DNA of 28,044 nucleotides from Armatimonadota bacterium. GTDB taxonomy: Bacteria > Armatimonadota > UBA10988. The position numbers and the translations under genes are program-made. The DNA lies in assembly GCA_016235455.1 (NCBI GenBank), contig JACRKZ010000020.1:1-28044 (forward strand), in the 5' to 3' direction. Positions 27,701-28,044 of this stretch are shown one piece after another (within the stretch, counting starts at the first letter, position 1; each line of letters starts with the position of its first letter). The notes under the pieces are model-generated. The model saw only the letters and a list, made by a program, of their open reading frames with translations, was not told the DNA's origin and searched no databases.

Positions 27701-28044
27701 CGCCGCGACCGGTCTTGGCTCGGCACCTGGACCGGGCCACACTGGCGGCCTGCGTGCGGCGCCTGGGTCGTGGCGGCACGCTGCGGTTGCCGGCCGACCT
27801 GCCCAACGCGTCCGCCTTCGCCGAGGCCGCGGCGGCGCTGCTGAGCCAGGCCAAGCCATTGCCGGAGCCGGTCCTGCCGCGCTTCGACAGCGCGCGCGAC
27901 GGCGTGTGGGTGGCGCTCATGGCCAACCGCGTGCTGCTGTACAACAGCGCGCGTGAGCCGCGAACGCGGCAGGTGGAGCTCGACCCGGCGGTGCTGCGTC
28001 GGCTGGGCGCGGCGGCGCCGGAGCGCGCGGCAACGGTGACCGTG
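24796..28044 (+). CDS. Large secreted multidomain glycoside hydrolase (GH14/GH42-like TIM barrel, trimerisation-like and beta-sandwich domains), 3'-truncated by the window edge
   Basis: My translation from ATG 24796 (GGAGAG RBS): signal peptide MTRALLVLLTLTAALA; VEDYQCWLPLEP..DQYRWEFY; PWLHFAPAW; PSIWSP; DYGEVGYP; LNQRWGT; RRWLDFSAWY; LVTEP; LRAWVEAGGWLI. I saw no in-frame stop before the window end, which would explain its absence from the ORF track. Confidence 0.82.
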   Translation, partial: MTRALLVLLTLTAALAAPPPPAGDVFLEGESSADHNFTTVGRDPAFAPCYGSAILQLQTTNPAPAGGYHATWRPTVAQAGWYEVLLAATRPEAAAAGLSPFSVQVGECRPRDLAGYAVTQRYGPGEIFGWVSAGRYQLPAGATAITVRCDTRRASDQAYLCYVDALALRRVDAPVATASWLAGGELSAAFGLTRRPVLPQLAVLCDGAFTARLNGQQVASGSGTARWTIADVRERLVVGRNTLSVSAAGPVLVKLAEFRGGQPSNLLLASGAAWRAGDGPAKVLGPETMAPYGDCGGLPMVTARVGRTTIPFKVGNLSVDLLMAEARGQKRPEPGPQTQFDAWHEQAGISVVEDYQCWLPLEPVRDQYRWEFYENNAAELEKRGMKYAIYPWLHFAPAWARESELWEPLVNLADGKTTFAPSIWSPKTEALFDRYYRALHARMGDRVKEIYVAMVTDYGEVGYPIGMADWVVPAPYKGPGWWCGDAMARADFARKMTAQAGDLARLNQRWGTQWTAAEQITYPAETATDGPAFDVLAKLPPAERAQARRRWLDFSAWYLDSMADFAGRAVGISRRYYPNTPHEIKIGFGSEKLRNGADYSEYVARSKADRYTVRSTHGKLPPYFYRRFSTAAKHYGTPLVTEPPSEVSRDEEVERIFKDASSGTTEYFDYPANYLGATDLFARYGGYMEGRHSLTEVAYFLPTTDHRLRPGQDNPKHLLDACGASRDLFDWDLLDERLVRAGFLRGYRALLMPEGNVIEADVLERLRAWVEAGGWLIAADRGPVETVEGQSADDLFADRAAAPRWQDAMAAQGTPLPACRVDIGAEGDEPLLVGDWGFAESGHWEWGGEPNVIRKRWTGARAGVLLPVDPTRSYELAIAVALHPKRFAQAGSVLVNGQKVGDIEPTRSSVFRATLSPALLAGRRVAEVTVTTAPWRPSEVDGSTDSRTLGLAVRWFKLWQAGQPEPDTAPRPVLARHLDRATLAACVRRLGRGGTLRLPADLPNASAFAEAAAALLSQAKPLPEPVLPRFDSARDGVWVALMANRVLLYNSAREPRTRQVELDPAVLRRLGAAAPERAATVTV

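Overview
Very GC-rich (roughly 70% by eye) bacterial chromosomal segment, densely coding, with no rRNA, tRNA, CRISPR array or transposase that I can support. From left to right: a partial macro-domain gene and a small DUF3892-like gene; a Dam-type methyltransferase with a coupled PD-(D/E)XK nuclease (putative type II R-M); an NDP-sugar dehydratase and ftsH; an LmeA/DUF2993-like gene, a heptose-7-P kinase and an M55 peptidase; a clostripain-family lipoprotein whose catalytic Cys is Ser; rtcB; an alpha/beta hydrolase; a GH4 alpha-galactosidase; a GAF-pilT-comEA operon divergent from an ftsZ that lies outside a dcw cluster and is followed after 6 nt by an orphan beta-class DNA methyltransferase; a second DUF2993-like gene; a lone livF; an FGE-fold protein; a DUF1638-hydantoinase fusion broken by an internal deletion/frameshift; and a >1080-codon secreted glycoside hydrolase that is missing from the ORF track and runs off the right edge. 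Non-coding highlights are a nested perfect 30-bp palindrome that supplies a stop codon, a 93-nt hairpin whose outer-stem mismatches are all G-U compatible on one strand, and apparently leaderless promoters for dam and rtcB. Gene content and style suggest an Armatimonadota-like organism (inference only). All family calls come from motif recognition, not database searches.
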